IMG/VR virus record: IMGVR_UViG_3300027747_004271
Location: 3,333 to 67,332 of that record
Length of the DNA stretch: 64,000 bases
Reading direction: 5' to 3' (one strand)
From: a virus
In this document: piece by piece, positions 45,269 to 55,700 of the stretch
Layout: each line of letters opens with the position of its first letter
Position numbering within the stretch: position 1 is the stretch's first letter
Program-made: the position numbers and the translations under genes
Notes under the pieces: generated by a model
Databases searched by the model: none
Told to the model about the DNA's origin: nothing
The model's input: only the letters and a program-made list of their open reading frames with translations

Positions 45269-46783
45269 ATGGCTGGTGCTTCAAATCCTGACAACATATC
45301 TGACATCCTGTCAGGGTTCTCAGAGGGTCGACTCAATCTTCGTGACAGGGTCGTGATACCTGAGCCCGAGCCACACTTCATCAAGATGATCGTGATGGAC
45401 GTTATCTCCGACCCAACTGCAGACTGTGTAGACGAGGTGAAGATAACGAAGTGGCACAGCATGAAGGTCTCCAACTGGGGACTTCACGCGGCTCTTCCTC
45501 GAAACACAATAATCGCGAAAAAGGTAGGCGAAAACTCCCAGCCGATGTTCGTCTTTCCCTTCTTCCCCTCCCATCTGTCGCTTCCCTGCAAGGCAGGTGA
45601 GGCAGTGTGGGTCCTCATCGAGAGACCCAATGCAAAATCTCTAGAGATTGCATACTGGTTCTGCAGAGTCGTCGAATACCACACGACTGACGACGTCAAC
45701 CACTCTCATCCTGGGAGGTCCTTCGAGATCACGATGAACGAAGGCCTCGTGGACAGGGCAAAGAACGAAAAGGAAGGCACGGCGGCCACAGGTGAGAACG
45801 TCTGGCATGAGCTGAGGAACGGACCAGTCTTGAAGGTTGATGGGGAGCGAGTGACGTCTCCTCAGGGACAAATACTGCCCGGTGAGAATCCTGACGTATT
45901 CGAGAAGTTGCTCACTGGGTCTTACGCTGCAGCATACACTTTCTACGAGTCTGTTCCAAGATTTCGAAAGCGCCCAGGAGACGTGGCTCTCGAGGGGTCC
46001 AACAACTCGCTCATCGTCCTCGGTACCGACAGAAAGAGTGCTATCGCCTCGGCGCTCGGAGAATGGACAGGATCTGCAGGGTGCATCGACATGGTGGCGG
46101 GAAGAGGATACACGAAGGACACCTCGGGAATCTCTGCGACCACGACGAGCTTTGTCGATGCGGGACCAGACAAGAAGGGCACGATTCTGAAGAAGGAACT
46201 CAACAAGTCCTTCGACGTGTTGACGAAGTCCGAGGGTGACCTCGACATGATGAACGACAGGAGCAGGATGCTCATTTCCCAAAAGACGTCGGTCGACGGT
46301 AAGACAGGTCTCTCGTCCTACAATGCGGCCTTCAACAAGGGCGGAAGTCCTGCGACGATAACAGACGATGCGAAAGGTGACGCTGCGATCGTGATCAAGT
46401 CGGACAAGCTGCGTCTCATTGCGAGATCGGACCTGCAGCTCTTGGTGACGAACTACAAGGCTTCGACAGACCCAGACTTCCCGGACCGCAAGGACGAAGA
46501 ATCAGACACTGATAAGTGGGCATCCATCACCATCAAGACGAACGGAGACGTCGTGTTTAGACCTTCCAAGGAAGGTTACATCAAGCTGGGCGGAGACGAC
46601 GCCGACAAGGGCGTGGTTTGTTCAGACGTGCCTGTCACTGCGACGGGCGGCAACGTAGCAGGTCCTCCTCTCGTCACGACGATGGGCGGATTCTTTGCAG
46701 GCTCTTCGGTGGTGGGAAGCGACAACAAGGGTGCACTCGCCACGGGTCAGGCAAAGTTCGCGAACAAGGTCCTCATAAAGTAG
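45269..46783 (+). CDS. Putative baseplate central spike/hub (gp5/VgrG-like OB fold + beta repeats)
   Basis: FPFFP..LSLP.K.GE.VWV (OB-fold), PGDVALEGSNN..IVLG, IVIKSDKLRLIAR, ITIKTNGDV...YIKLG; position before gp25. Confidence 0.55.
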   Translation: MAGASNPDNISDILSGFSEGRLNLRDRVVIPEPEPHFIKMIVMDVISDPTADCVDEVKITKWHSMKVSNWGLHAALPRNTIIAKKVGENSQPMFVFPFFPSHLSLPCKAGEAVWVLIERPNAKSLEIAYWFCRVVEYHTTDDVNHSHPGRSFEITMNEGLVDRAKNEKEGTAATGENVWHELRNGPVLKVDGERVTSPQGQILPGENPDVFEKLLTGSYAAAYTFYESVPRFRKRPGDVALEGSNNSLIVLGTDRKSAIASALGEWTGSAGCIDMVAGRGYTKDTSGISATTTSFVDAGPDKKGTILKKELNKSFDVLTKSEGDLDMMNDRSRMLISQKTSVDGKTGLSSYNAAFNKGGSPATITDDAKGDAAIVIKSDKLRLIARSDLQLLVTNYKASTDPDFPDRKDEESDTDKWASITIKTNGDVVFRPSKEGYIKLGGDDADKGVVCSDVPVTATGGNVAGPPLVTTMGGFFAGSSVVGSDNKGALATGQAKFANKVLIK

Positions 46784-46796
46784 AAGGAATCCGAAA

Positions 46797-48863
46797 ATGC
46801 CGAATCCTTATACGTCAGATTCAGGCGATGGTTGCATGGTCCATGCAGGCATCCTCACTCCACACGGCGGAGATGTGAGCAAGTCAGAACTGACCAGCGG
46901 ATATCCCGAAGCAGCCAAAGAAAAGTTCATAGATGACGTCATAAAAGAGCTTCAGGGAGCGCCAAGTCCTCTCGCATTTCCGTGCGGATCACCTACGCCG
47001 CCAGTCGATCCGGCTCTCGCAGAGGCGCTGAAGCAGTTACCAGACGAGAAGAAATTCCCAGACTTCCACAAGAACATCTTGGGTTACTACAGGGACCTTG
47101 CACGTTCGCTTGACGCTCCCTCTGCCTATAAGACACCGCCCATCGTCGACCCAATAGCAGCAGCAGTGTCCCTTGGTATCCCGGCGCCAAAACTGAAGTT
47201 TCCTGGTGACTTTGTCATGTTCATGGTTCCGAATCCTCCTCTCCTCGCACTCAAGCTCAAGTTGAAGTTGCCTCAGTTGCCCGGTAAGCTTCCGAGCTTA
47301 AAGCCTCCCATTCCGAAAATCCCTCCCATCGACATCAATCTACCCGACACTCCTCAGTTAGGAGGACCTCCTGCATTGCCCACCATGCCGAGTCTCTTCA
47401 GCATGAAGCTCGCAATGGCCACTAAATTCCCTGACTTCATGGTGGGTCTTGTGGGCAAAGTACCTGAACTTTCACTAAAGATTCTCACGGGAGACGTCGC
47501 GGGTGCACTGGGCACAGTGTGCAAGTTGGTCAACGAAGATGCACAACTTTTCGGTCCTGCGATGGAGCCTGACAAAGACGGAAAGAATCCTGACATCATC
47601 ATGATAGCGGCAAGGAAGGTCCTCGCGCGCAAGATGGCAGAGATGTCGTTGATCAACGCTATCGCAAACAACTTAGGTACAGCACCTACTGGCATCACGG
47701 GAGGTCTCGCGGCGGTACAGGGATACAGTCCACCGATGGACTCCGCTCCGAGCGAAGCAGAAGAGAACAAGCCGCCAGAAGACGCCTGTCGCGACAAGAT
47801 TCAGCAATTCGCAAGAGACTGTGACGGTCTCAGCTGGAGCACCAGTGCAGACGAATATGCATCCAAGCTGTGGCATTACGAGTATTCTGCTTCTGGTCCC
47901 AATTACGGACCCGAAGCGACGAAGGCAACTGCAAAATTGGCGTCTTCGTGCGGAATATTTGGAAGAGCTGCACTCTACAACGGAGGAGCGAGCTTCTGGT
48001 ATAGCGAAGCTTCAAGCTTCAAGAATTTTGACAGCTACTACAAGGGCAATCCTGGAGGTCTGCCTCCTCCGAACAGCCCAGAGGCAGTACCTGTAGGAAA
48101 CAACGGCGCGAAGATCGTGAGAGACTGGTTTGGTGGTCCCTACCTCACAGGCGGCGTGATATCTCACTTGATACACATGGCAAAACTCAGAGGAGCAATT
48201 GTTGAACCCTTCAACGGAAGAGACTTCAAGAAAGCAAGCAAGCTGCCGCCGTTGAAGAGAGGTGACATCATCATCATCAGCTCCACGAAGACAGCAGGAA
48301 GAGAGCACGTCATAGTCGTAGGTGAGGACTATAGCGGCGGATCGAAATTAGTGACTTACGAAGGCGGGTCCACGGACCCAGGCAACAACATAACGCCGAA
48401 GGACAAGTGTTCTTATTTACCGAAGGGAGGAATCGGATGCTCCAAAGTAAGGAGAAAAGAATACGTTCTCGACCAGAACATAGGCAACAAGCAGAAAGGT
48501 GCACCCACAGCATTCGTTCCGACTTCACAGGGTACAGGTCCTTACACCATGAGCAAAAAGAGCGACGGTTTTGGGATGTATGACGGTCGAGTCGTCGCAT
48601 ACGTCTTTGACTCATGGAAGCTGATACAGGGAAATTACACCGACAACAACCCACCCCCCGGCGCAGAGACGGGCGCGCCGACGAACCCAGTCCAGACGCC
48701 GCCTCTTCCCCAAGAAACTCCTGGGGCTCACAACGGTGAGCCGGTCGTAGGCGACTCTAACGTAGACTATCCTGTGGAGTCGAAGGACCCCAACGACCCT
48801 GCAGCGGTGGAGACCACGAATAACGCAAATCCAGACAATCCTCCTGCTCCCATACCAAAGTGA
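46797..48863 (+). CDS. Pro-rich baseplate-associated protein with CHAP/NlpC-P60-like Cys-His domain
   Basis: SSCGIF...KRGDIIII...EHVIVV...VTYEGG; Pro/Lys-rich N-terminal region and Pro/Asn-rich tail. Confidence 0.5.
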   Translation: MPNPYTSDSGDGCMVHAGILTPHGGDVSKSELTSGYPEAAKEKFIDDVIKELQGAPSPLAFPCGSPTPPVDPALAEALKQLPDEKKFPDFHKNILGYYRDLARSLDAPSAYKTPPIVDPIAAAVSLGIPAPKLKFPGDFVMFMVPNPPLLALKLKLKLPQLPGKLPSLKPPIPKIPPIDINLPDTPQLGGPPALPTMPSLFSMKLAMATKFPDFMVGLVGKVPELSLKILTGDVAGALGTVCKLVNEDAQLFGPAMEPDKDGKNPDIIMIAARKVLARKMAEMSLINAIANNLGTAPTGITGGLAAVQGYSPPMDSAPSEAEENKPPEDACRDKIQQFARDCDGLSWSTSADEYASKLWHYEYSASGPNYGPEATKATAKLASSCGIFGRAALYNGGASFWYSEASSFKNFDSYYKGNPGGLPPPNSPEAVPVGNNGAKIVRDWFGGPYLTGGVISHLIHMAKLRGAIVEPFNGRDFKKASKLPPLKRGDIIIISSTKTAGREHVIVVGEDYSGGSKLVTYEGGSTDPGNNITPKDKCSYLPKGGIGCSKVRRKEYVLDQNIGNKQKGAPTAFVPTSQGTGPYTMSKKSDGFGMYDGRVVAYVFDSWKLIQGNYTDNNPPPGAETGAPTNPVQTPPLPQETPGAHNGEPVVGDSNVDYPVESKDPNDPAAVETTNNANPDNPPAPIPK

Positions 48864-48869
48864 TAGTTA
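48863..48869 (+). promoter_or_regulatory. Putative late-promoter motif ATAGTTA, 6 nt upstream of the gp25-like gene
   Basis: Identical to the motifs at 4129 and 4987. Confidence 0.5.
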
Positions 48870-48875
48870 AGAGAG

Positions 48876-49343
48876 ATGTCAACGTATAGCTTCAAAAGCG
48901 CAGGAAAGACGCAGGATCAAGTAGCCGTCGAGACCTTGGTCACTAGTTCGATACCCTATGGGATAAAGACGCCTTTGCAGCTAGGCGGATCAGAGGGAAT
49001 CTTCGCCATGAACTACAGTCTCGAGGACCAATTCGCCGACAACTTGAGGAATCTCCTTCTCACGAATTGGGGCGAAAGACTCGGGGTCTACGCGTTCGGT
49101 GCCAACCTGAAGCCTCTGACGACAGAGTTCGTGTCTCAAGACGACTTCGATGGTAAGGCGATTGATAGGATAAAGGGCGCCGTGGGGACGTGGATGCCCT
49201 TCATCGACCTCGAGGACTTCACGTCACAGATGGACAGACAAGAGAACGCCAACACTGGCGTTCTCAAGATAACGGTGACGTATCGGATACCTGCGCTGAA
49301 GACTCAGAAGAAGGCTCTTCAAATTGTTTTGTACGTAATCTGA
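48876..49343 (+). CDS. Baseplate wedge protein, GPW/gp25 family
   Basis: DNLRNLLLTNWGERL...FGANL...I..AV..WMPFI. Confidence 0.88.
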   Translation: MSTYSFKSAGKTQDQVAVETLVTSSIPYGIKTPLQLGGSEGIFAMNYSLEDQFADNLRNLLLTNWGERLGVYAFGANLKPLTTEFVSQDDFDGKAIDRIKGAVGTWMPFIDLEDFTSQMDRQENANTGVLKITVTYRIPALKTQKKALQIVLYVI

Positions 49344-49379
49344 TCGTGACGCGTATTTACCGTCACTGGACCCAACGAC

Positions 49380-51239
49380 ATGGCAATCATCGACAACAAG
49401 ACGGCGATCAAATCTGTAAGACAGCGTAACTATCTTGCGAGGGACTTCGACGGTTTCAGGACGGTGCTGCTTGATTATGCGCGACAGTATTATCCTGACA
49501 GGATTCAGGACTTCTCTGAGTCTTCGATAGGCGGCCTCTTTCTCGACATGGCTGCTTATGTCGGTGATAACATGTCATTCTATCTCGACCATCTCTATGG
49601 AGAGCTCCACGGGGAGACGGTCGTCGAGACGGCAAACGTGCAGCGTGCTTTGAGAAATGCAGGAGTCCCCATCATGGGTGCTGCTTCTGCTCTCGTGTAT
49701 GTCGACATATACGTCGAAGTGCCTCTCGTCCCAGGATCGACCAATCCAGACATCACGCTCGTGCCGACCGTCAAAGAGGGCTCCGTCTTCCAGTCCTCCA
49801 ACGCGATACAGTTCACTCTCCTCGAAGACGTCCAGTTTTGGGCAGTCGACCCGGACACAGGTGCGACGATAGTCGACCCGAAGGTCGAGGTGATAAACGG
49901 CCGCCGAGTCGCGGGATCGATCGTCTCGAAGATACTGAAGAAGAGAGGCCTCTGCGGATCGGGAAACGAGACGCAGGAGACTTTCTCGATAGGAGACTTT
50001 GTGTCCTTCAGGTCTGTGCCTCTGTCTCGTTCGAACGTCACGCAGATCATCAGCGTGGTCGACGGACTTGGAAACGTCTATTACGAAGTAGAGAACCTCA
50101 GTCACGACGTAGTCTACCGCAACGTGATAAACCCAGGATCAGAGGCGAGCCTGGTGAAGGACAACCTCAAGGTCATACCTGCTCCGTATCGGTTCACGAA
50201 GCAGGTCGCACTCGCAGACAGGACGACATCACTCGTCTTCGGAGGTGGTTCTGCTGACACGCTAGAGGACGACATCATTCCCGACCCTTCGGAATTCTCC
50301 ATACCTCTTCCGTACTCTCAAGTCTTCTCGAAGATACCCGTCAATCCACAGAAGATGCTTCAGACTTCCACGCTTGGCGTTGCAGCTGCAAACACTTCAC
50401 TCACCGTGACGTATCGATACGGCGGAGGTCTCAGTCACAATGTCGGGCCCGGCTCGATCAAGAACATACAGACGCTCTCTGTAGTCTTTCCTGAGAATCC
50501 ACCGCAAGGTCGGCAGAACCAGGTGAAGAACACGATACAGATCGTAAATCCTCTAGCAGCTGCAGGAGGAGAGGACGCTCCGACTGCGGAAGAGCTCCTT
50601 GCCCTGATACCCACAGTCAAGAACTCACAGGAGAGGATCGTGACGAAGGAAGACCTCCTCGCGAGGGTGTACACGATGCCCAGTAACTTCGGCAGGGTGT
50701 TTAGGGCCACCATCACGAAGAATCCCAACAATCCCCTTGCTTCGAGGCTCTACATCATATCGAGGAACACGAACAACCAGCTCATCGTCTCGCCCGATGC
50801 GCTGAAGATAAACCTGAAGAGGTACCTCAACTCCTATCGAATGATATCGGATGCGATTGATGTGCTCGACGCGTCGATCATAAACTTCGAGATATACTTC
50901 CAGATAGTGGTGGATCCGTCGCTGAACAAGAGTGCCATCCTCCAGAGCATCATAGCCGACCTTCAGAAGCAATTCGAAATCAAGAACTTCCACATAGGAC
51001 AGCCTCTTGTTGTCTCCGACGTCGTCGCGACGATCTTCGCGAAGACCGGTGTGATAGCGGTGGACTCCGTGAAGTTCAACAACATCTACGGCACCGTGAA
51101 GAACCTCGAGTACTCTCCCATCTCCTATGACCTGCAGCTTCACACGAAGAACCAGATCATCTATCCACCCGACGGTGCCATATTCGAAATCAAGTACCCA
51201 GACATAAATATCGTCGGGAAAGCGGTGTCAAATGCTTAA
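49380..51239 (+). CDS. Baseplate wedge subunit (T4 gp6 / baseplate J-like)
   Basis: NYLARDFDGFR..L..YA..YYPD...DFSESSIG.LFLDMAAYVGD..SFYLD; AAGGED; SQERIVT.ED. Confidence 0.85.
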   Translation: MAIIDNKTAIKSVRQRNYLARDFDGFRTVLLDYARQYYPDRIQDFSESSIGGLFLDMAAYVGDNMSFYLDHLYGELHGETVVETANVQRALRNAGVPIMGAASALVYVDIYVEVPLVPGSTNPDITLVPTVKEGSVFQSSNAIQFTLLEDVQFWAVDPDTGATIVDPKVEVINGRRVAGSIVSKILKKRGLCGSGNETQETFSIGDFVSFRSVPLSRSNVTQIISVVDGLGNVYYEVENLSHDVVYRNVINPGSEASLVKDNLKVIPAPYRFTKQVALADRTTSLVFGGGSADTLEDDIIPDPSEFSIPLPYSQVFSKIPVNPQKMLQTSTLGVAAANTSLTVTYRYGGGLSHNVGPGSIKNIQTLSVVFPENPPQGRQNQVKNTIQIVNPLAAAGGEDAPTAEELLALIPTVKNSQERIVTKEDLLARVYTMPSNFGRVFRATITKNPNNPLASRLYIISRNTNNQLIVSPDALKINLKRYLNSYRMISDAIDVLDASIINFEIYFQIVVDPSLNKSAILQSIIADLQKQFEIKNFHIGQPLVVSDVVATIFAKTGVIAVDSVKFNNIYGTVKNLEYSPISYDLQLHTKNQIIYPPDGAIFEIKYPDINIVGKAVSNA

Positions 51240-52761
51240 GACCTTGGGTGCCGTCAAAGACACATACATCACTGACAAAGTAGTGCTTCACTCCCGAATG
51301 ACGGGAAGCAACGTCGGGGCCGCAGGATCACTCGACCTCTTCAAGCTATACGGAATGTCGATGAGCGGGACTTCTCCCAACACGGAGCTGTCTCGGATAC
51401 TCGTCCACTTCGACCTCACGGATCTGAAGAGTCTCGTCTCGGAAGGCAAGGTCGCGATCGACGACTCCAGCTTCTGGTGCAAGCTCAAGCTGAGTGACGT
51501 CTATGGTGGGCAGCCTACGCCGTCTCTCTTCACCGTCAGCGTGTTTCCTCTGTCTGCATCTTTCGAAGAGGGTCTTGGCAGGGACACGTCTTACTACTCC
51601 GACTACGACTGGGCGAGCTGGATGTCGTCGTCTTATGGGACGCCGTGGATCATGACAGGATGCGCTGCTCCGTGTTTCGCCACAGGAATCGGCGACTACA
51701 TCACGAGTTCGCACAGCATACCGACCACCGAAGTGACGCAGTACTTCAAGACGGGCGAGGAGGACCTCGTGGTGGACGTGACGAAGATAGTGTCTGCCAC
51801 GTTGACAGGAGAGCTCCCCGACAGTGGTCTCAGAATATCTTTCCAAAATTCCATCGAGGTAAACCAAAGGACTTATTTCGTCAAAAGATTCGGGAGTCGA
51901 CACTCCTATGATGAGTCAAAGCATCCGAAGTTGATCGTGGGATTCGACGACTCGATAACGGACGACTCTCAGAACTTGACTCTCGACACGCCCTGTGACG
52001 TTGTGCTCTACAACTACGCAGGCGGAGGTCTGACGAACATCGTGTCGGGCAGCAGCTTCACTCCCATTACAGGGAGCGACTGCCTCGTCTTGAAGCTCAC
52101 GACGGTCGTCTCGGGAGGAACGTACGACCTGTTCTTCGATGGATCTCAGTACTCTCTCGGATCCGACAGGAATGGCTCATGCCCAGTCACGGGAACTTAC
52201 TTCTCCACGGTGACGATACCCTCGTCTGACGCTTACATCGCCGAGAAGCTCGCCGTTTCGTCTTCTCTGAAGTTCACACCCGTGTGGACGTCCCTTGACG
52301 GCACCGTCGCATACGTGACGGGAAGCGTCCTGACGGTCACACCGCCGGACAGGACGCCTTCGAGGCGACTCAAGAAGTTCGTCGTGAGTGTGGTGGGTCT
52401 GAGAGACTCATACGCGAAGGGAGACGAATTGACGGCGAGGGTGAACGTCTTCGACCAGACATCGCCTCTCGTGAAAGTCACGAGAGTCCCAGTCGAACTC
52501 CCCGGCGTGGTGGTGAAGAGTGTGTATTATCAGGTGAGAGACACCGTGACGAATGAGGTGGTCGTGCCGTTCGACGACGTGAAGAACTCGACGAAGGTGT
52601 CAAGTGACTCCGAGGGAATGTTCTTCAAGATGGATGTATCGGGTCTCACGACAGGAAGGACGTACGTGGTGGACATCATGATATCGCACGACGGAACGAA
52701 GACCAAATACACCAACATCTCTCCCGTGTTCAGAGTCGAAAACGTGAATCCTCAGCAGTGA
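51232..52761 (+). CDS. Baseplate/virion structural protein
   Basis: KDTYI, SRILVHFD, WxEG-like FEEG, P+L+V.FDD; Ig-like C-terminus; follows the gp6-like gene. Confidence 0.55.
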   Translation: MLKTLGAVKDTYITDKVVLHSRMTGSNVGAAGSLDLFKLYGMSMSGTSPNTELSRILVHFDLTDLKSLVSEGKVAIDDSSFWCKLKLSDVYGGQPTPSLFTVSVFPLSASFEEGLGRDTSYYSDYDWASWMSSSYGTPWIMTGCAAPCFATGIGDYITSSHSIPTTEVTQYFKTGEEDLVVDVTKIVSATLTGELPDSGLRISFQNSIEVNQRTYFVKRFGSRHSYDESKHPKLIVGFDDSITDDSQNLTLDTPCDVVLYNYAGGGLTNIVSGSSFTPITGSDCLVLKLTTVVSGGTYDLFFDGSQYSLGSDRNGSCPVTGTYFSTVTIPSSDAYIAEKLAVSSSLKFTPVWTSLDGTVAYVTGSVLTVTPPDRTPSRRLKKFVVSVVGLRDSYAKGDELTARVNVFDQTSPLVKVTRVPVELPGVVVKSVYYQVRDTVTNEVVVPFDDVKNSTKVSSDSEGMFFKMDVSGLTTGRTYVVDIMISHDGTKTKYTNISPVFRVENVNPQQ

Positions 52762-52771
52762 GACGAGACAA

Positions 52772-55700
52772 ATGACGACTCGATCAAACTCTCCCTACGT
52801 CCCCTCGTTCGTCAAGGCGCTCGCCACGGACTTCAAGCCTGTACAGGCCACGTACTCCGATTTCGATCTCGCAGATTCATCACACGGGTCGACAGGATCT
52901 TTCAAGTACGACGCGCTAGACTTCCCGCTGAAGAGCACGCAGCAGCTCAACGTCGACTGGTCCAAGTTCGAGCACCACTGCTTCTTCTCGTCGGCGGAAG
53001 TCAAGGTCAACGAAGCATTCAACAAGATCATCAACAGCTATCCCTTCGACGGATCGAAGAAAGAAGTCGAAGAGTTCCTGGACGGTCTCACGGGATTCGA
53101 GAAGTACGTCTTCGACCAGTTTCCCACGTGGCAGGGAGCGCTGCTTTTCTCAGGCACACAGGTCGGTGAAGACCCACTCCATGGATTCGATGAAGCTCTG
53201 GGAACTTGGATCTCAGTGAAGGACAAGTCAGGTACCCTGTTTCCCGACCTCGCGAAGAACAACAGAGGCGAGGTCGTCATGAATCCTGGCGACGACGTAT
53301 CTCTCACTATCGAGGCACTCGTCTATGTCCCCGACATCCCGAACGACACGCAGGTGATATTCCAGAAGACGTCGTCGGAGACTGCAGGCTTCTCGTTTCA
53401 TCTGAAACCTACCACGTCGACGTCGACAGTTCAAGCTGTCTTCAGCGTCGCCTCCGGGTCGTACAGGAACAAGGTCGAGAGCAGTCTCAACAAGGGCACC
53501 TACAACCACGTCGCCGTGGTACTCAACAAGGAGATGAGGGAACACACCCTGCAGTTCTGTCTCAACGAGGCACTCGTGGAAGAGAGCAAGAACAGTGTCA
53601 ACTTCAGGAAGCTCGACGTAGACACATCGAACCTCGTCATCGGGTCAGGAAGCTCGTTCTACTCGGAGTCGACGCTGGTCACGCCGACGCAGACCTTCAG
53701 CGGTTCGATAGACGAATTCAGGATATTCCACTCAGTTCGACAACCAAACCAGCAAAAGCTGAACATCGTCCGAGGCATCTACGCTTCTCCCGAACTGAAA
53801 CTGTACTACAGGTTCAACGAGCCCTCAGGATCGTTGTCTCTCAATGCAAACACGGGAATCGACTCCATCGTCCTCGACAGCTCAGGAAACTCTCTCCACT
53901 CGAACGTGATGAACTTCGACTTCGGACTCCGACAGAACCTTGCAGGGTCGGTCCTCAATGTGATGCCCCACGAGAAGAAGGAGTTCCAGAAGGTGCTGTT
54001 TCCCGCATACCAGGGAATACTCGATCTCAATGCTTCGCTCCTCGCAGCAGCACGTGAATACGACAGGAACAATCCCAACAACATCCTCAAGCTTGTCCCC
54101 AAGCACTATCTCCTCGAGGGAGCTTCGCAAGACGGATTCGCGGAACCAGCGGGCGACGGCGGCAAGGCATACGGAGGAAGCGGAATACCTGGGCAAGGAG
54201 AACGCGGCTCGGTTCAGATCATCCTTTCCTTCCTCTACATCTGGGCGAAGTTCTTTGATGAGATCAAGATCTTCATCGACTCGTTCGTGACGATGAGGAC
54301 GGTGGGCTACGACACAGAGGACACGATACCTGACAATTTCCTCGAAGACATGGTTCGTCAATACGGCTTCTACATGCCGAAGTTCTTCAATCACTCCACC
54401 CTGGAGCAGTTCGCAGAGGGCCAGAACATCGCAGGCCTGACGGACATAGAGACTCCCCTGAAGAAGATCCAAGCCATCATCATGCGTCGCATCTTGGTGA
54501 ACATGCCCGACGTGATCCGTTCCAAGGGAACGCAGCACAGCATCAAGTCCTTCCTCAGGTCTGTGGGCATAGACCCAGAGAACTCCTTGAGAATCAGGGA
54601 ATACGGAGGACCCACGCAGAAGCAGCTGACGACTTCCCGCGAGAGACGTCTTGAGAGCGGAGCGATGGTCGACTTCGTCAATACAGCTTTGGTGGTCACG
54701 CCTCCCCTCTCGGCATCTCGCGTAGAACCCGGTTATCCTCTTCCGAAAGGATCTTTCGTTTATGACTCGACGAAGAAGAGGACGGGGACCAACTTCGCAT
54801 CAGACGGTCTCCTCACGTCGGGATCTTGGAACGTGGAGGGTGTGTTCAAGATACCGCCTCAGAACATCGAGAGGATCAAGGACGTCGACAAGAACCAGTC
54901 GCTCTTCCGAATGTACGTCACGGGAAGCGCCATGGGATTGGACCCAGGTCTCGTCGTCAACGTCATCGCCACGAAGAACATCGACGTCCCGAGAAGAACA
55001 GCGAAACTCACTGCATACGTCAGACCCGGTGCATCGACCGCATCGCCTCTCCTCGAGATGTCGATGGACCTCCTAGGAGAGGGCATTTTCAACGGCGACA
55101 AGTGGAACATCTCTCTCGGTTGTCTGAGAAACGACGAGATCGGATCCACGGTGTCTTCGTCTTATTACTTGAGAGCAGCGAGACTAGACTCAGGAGACCT
55201 CGCCGAATCGTACATCACGTCTTCTTTCTTCTATGAACAACCAAGTGGTGAAGGAAACGTCTTCCGCTCCGTGTCGGCGGCGAACAACGCGTCTGGAAGC
55301 TACATCAGCATCGGCACGAATCAGTCTATCGACGAGGGTGTAAGTTACAAGTTCTTGAACGACACTCTCCACGTCGACGACGTGGCCCGGACTGTGGAAT
55401 ACGTGGGTTGGGCGTCAAACTTGCGTTTCTGGTCGAAGGGCATGAACGTCGACGAGTGGAAGGAACACGCGAGGAACCCCAAGTCGTTCGGCGTGGACGA
55501 TCCTCTCGTCAACTACAACTACGTGAAGAACGTCTCTGGGTCGTTCCAGAAAATTCGTCTCGACACGCTGCAGAAGCAGCCTGAGAGAAATGCGGATAAC
55601 TCAGGTGTCCTGAACTTCGTGGACTTTAGTCAGAATACTTCTGACACGGTCGGCAGTGGTTTCGTGACAGGTTCCAAGGTCATGGTGGGCGACATCTTCC

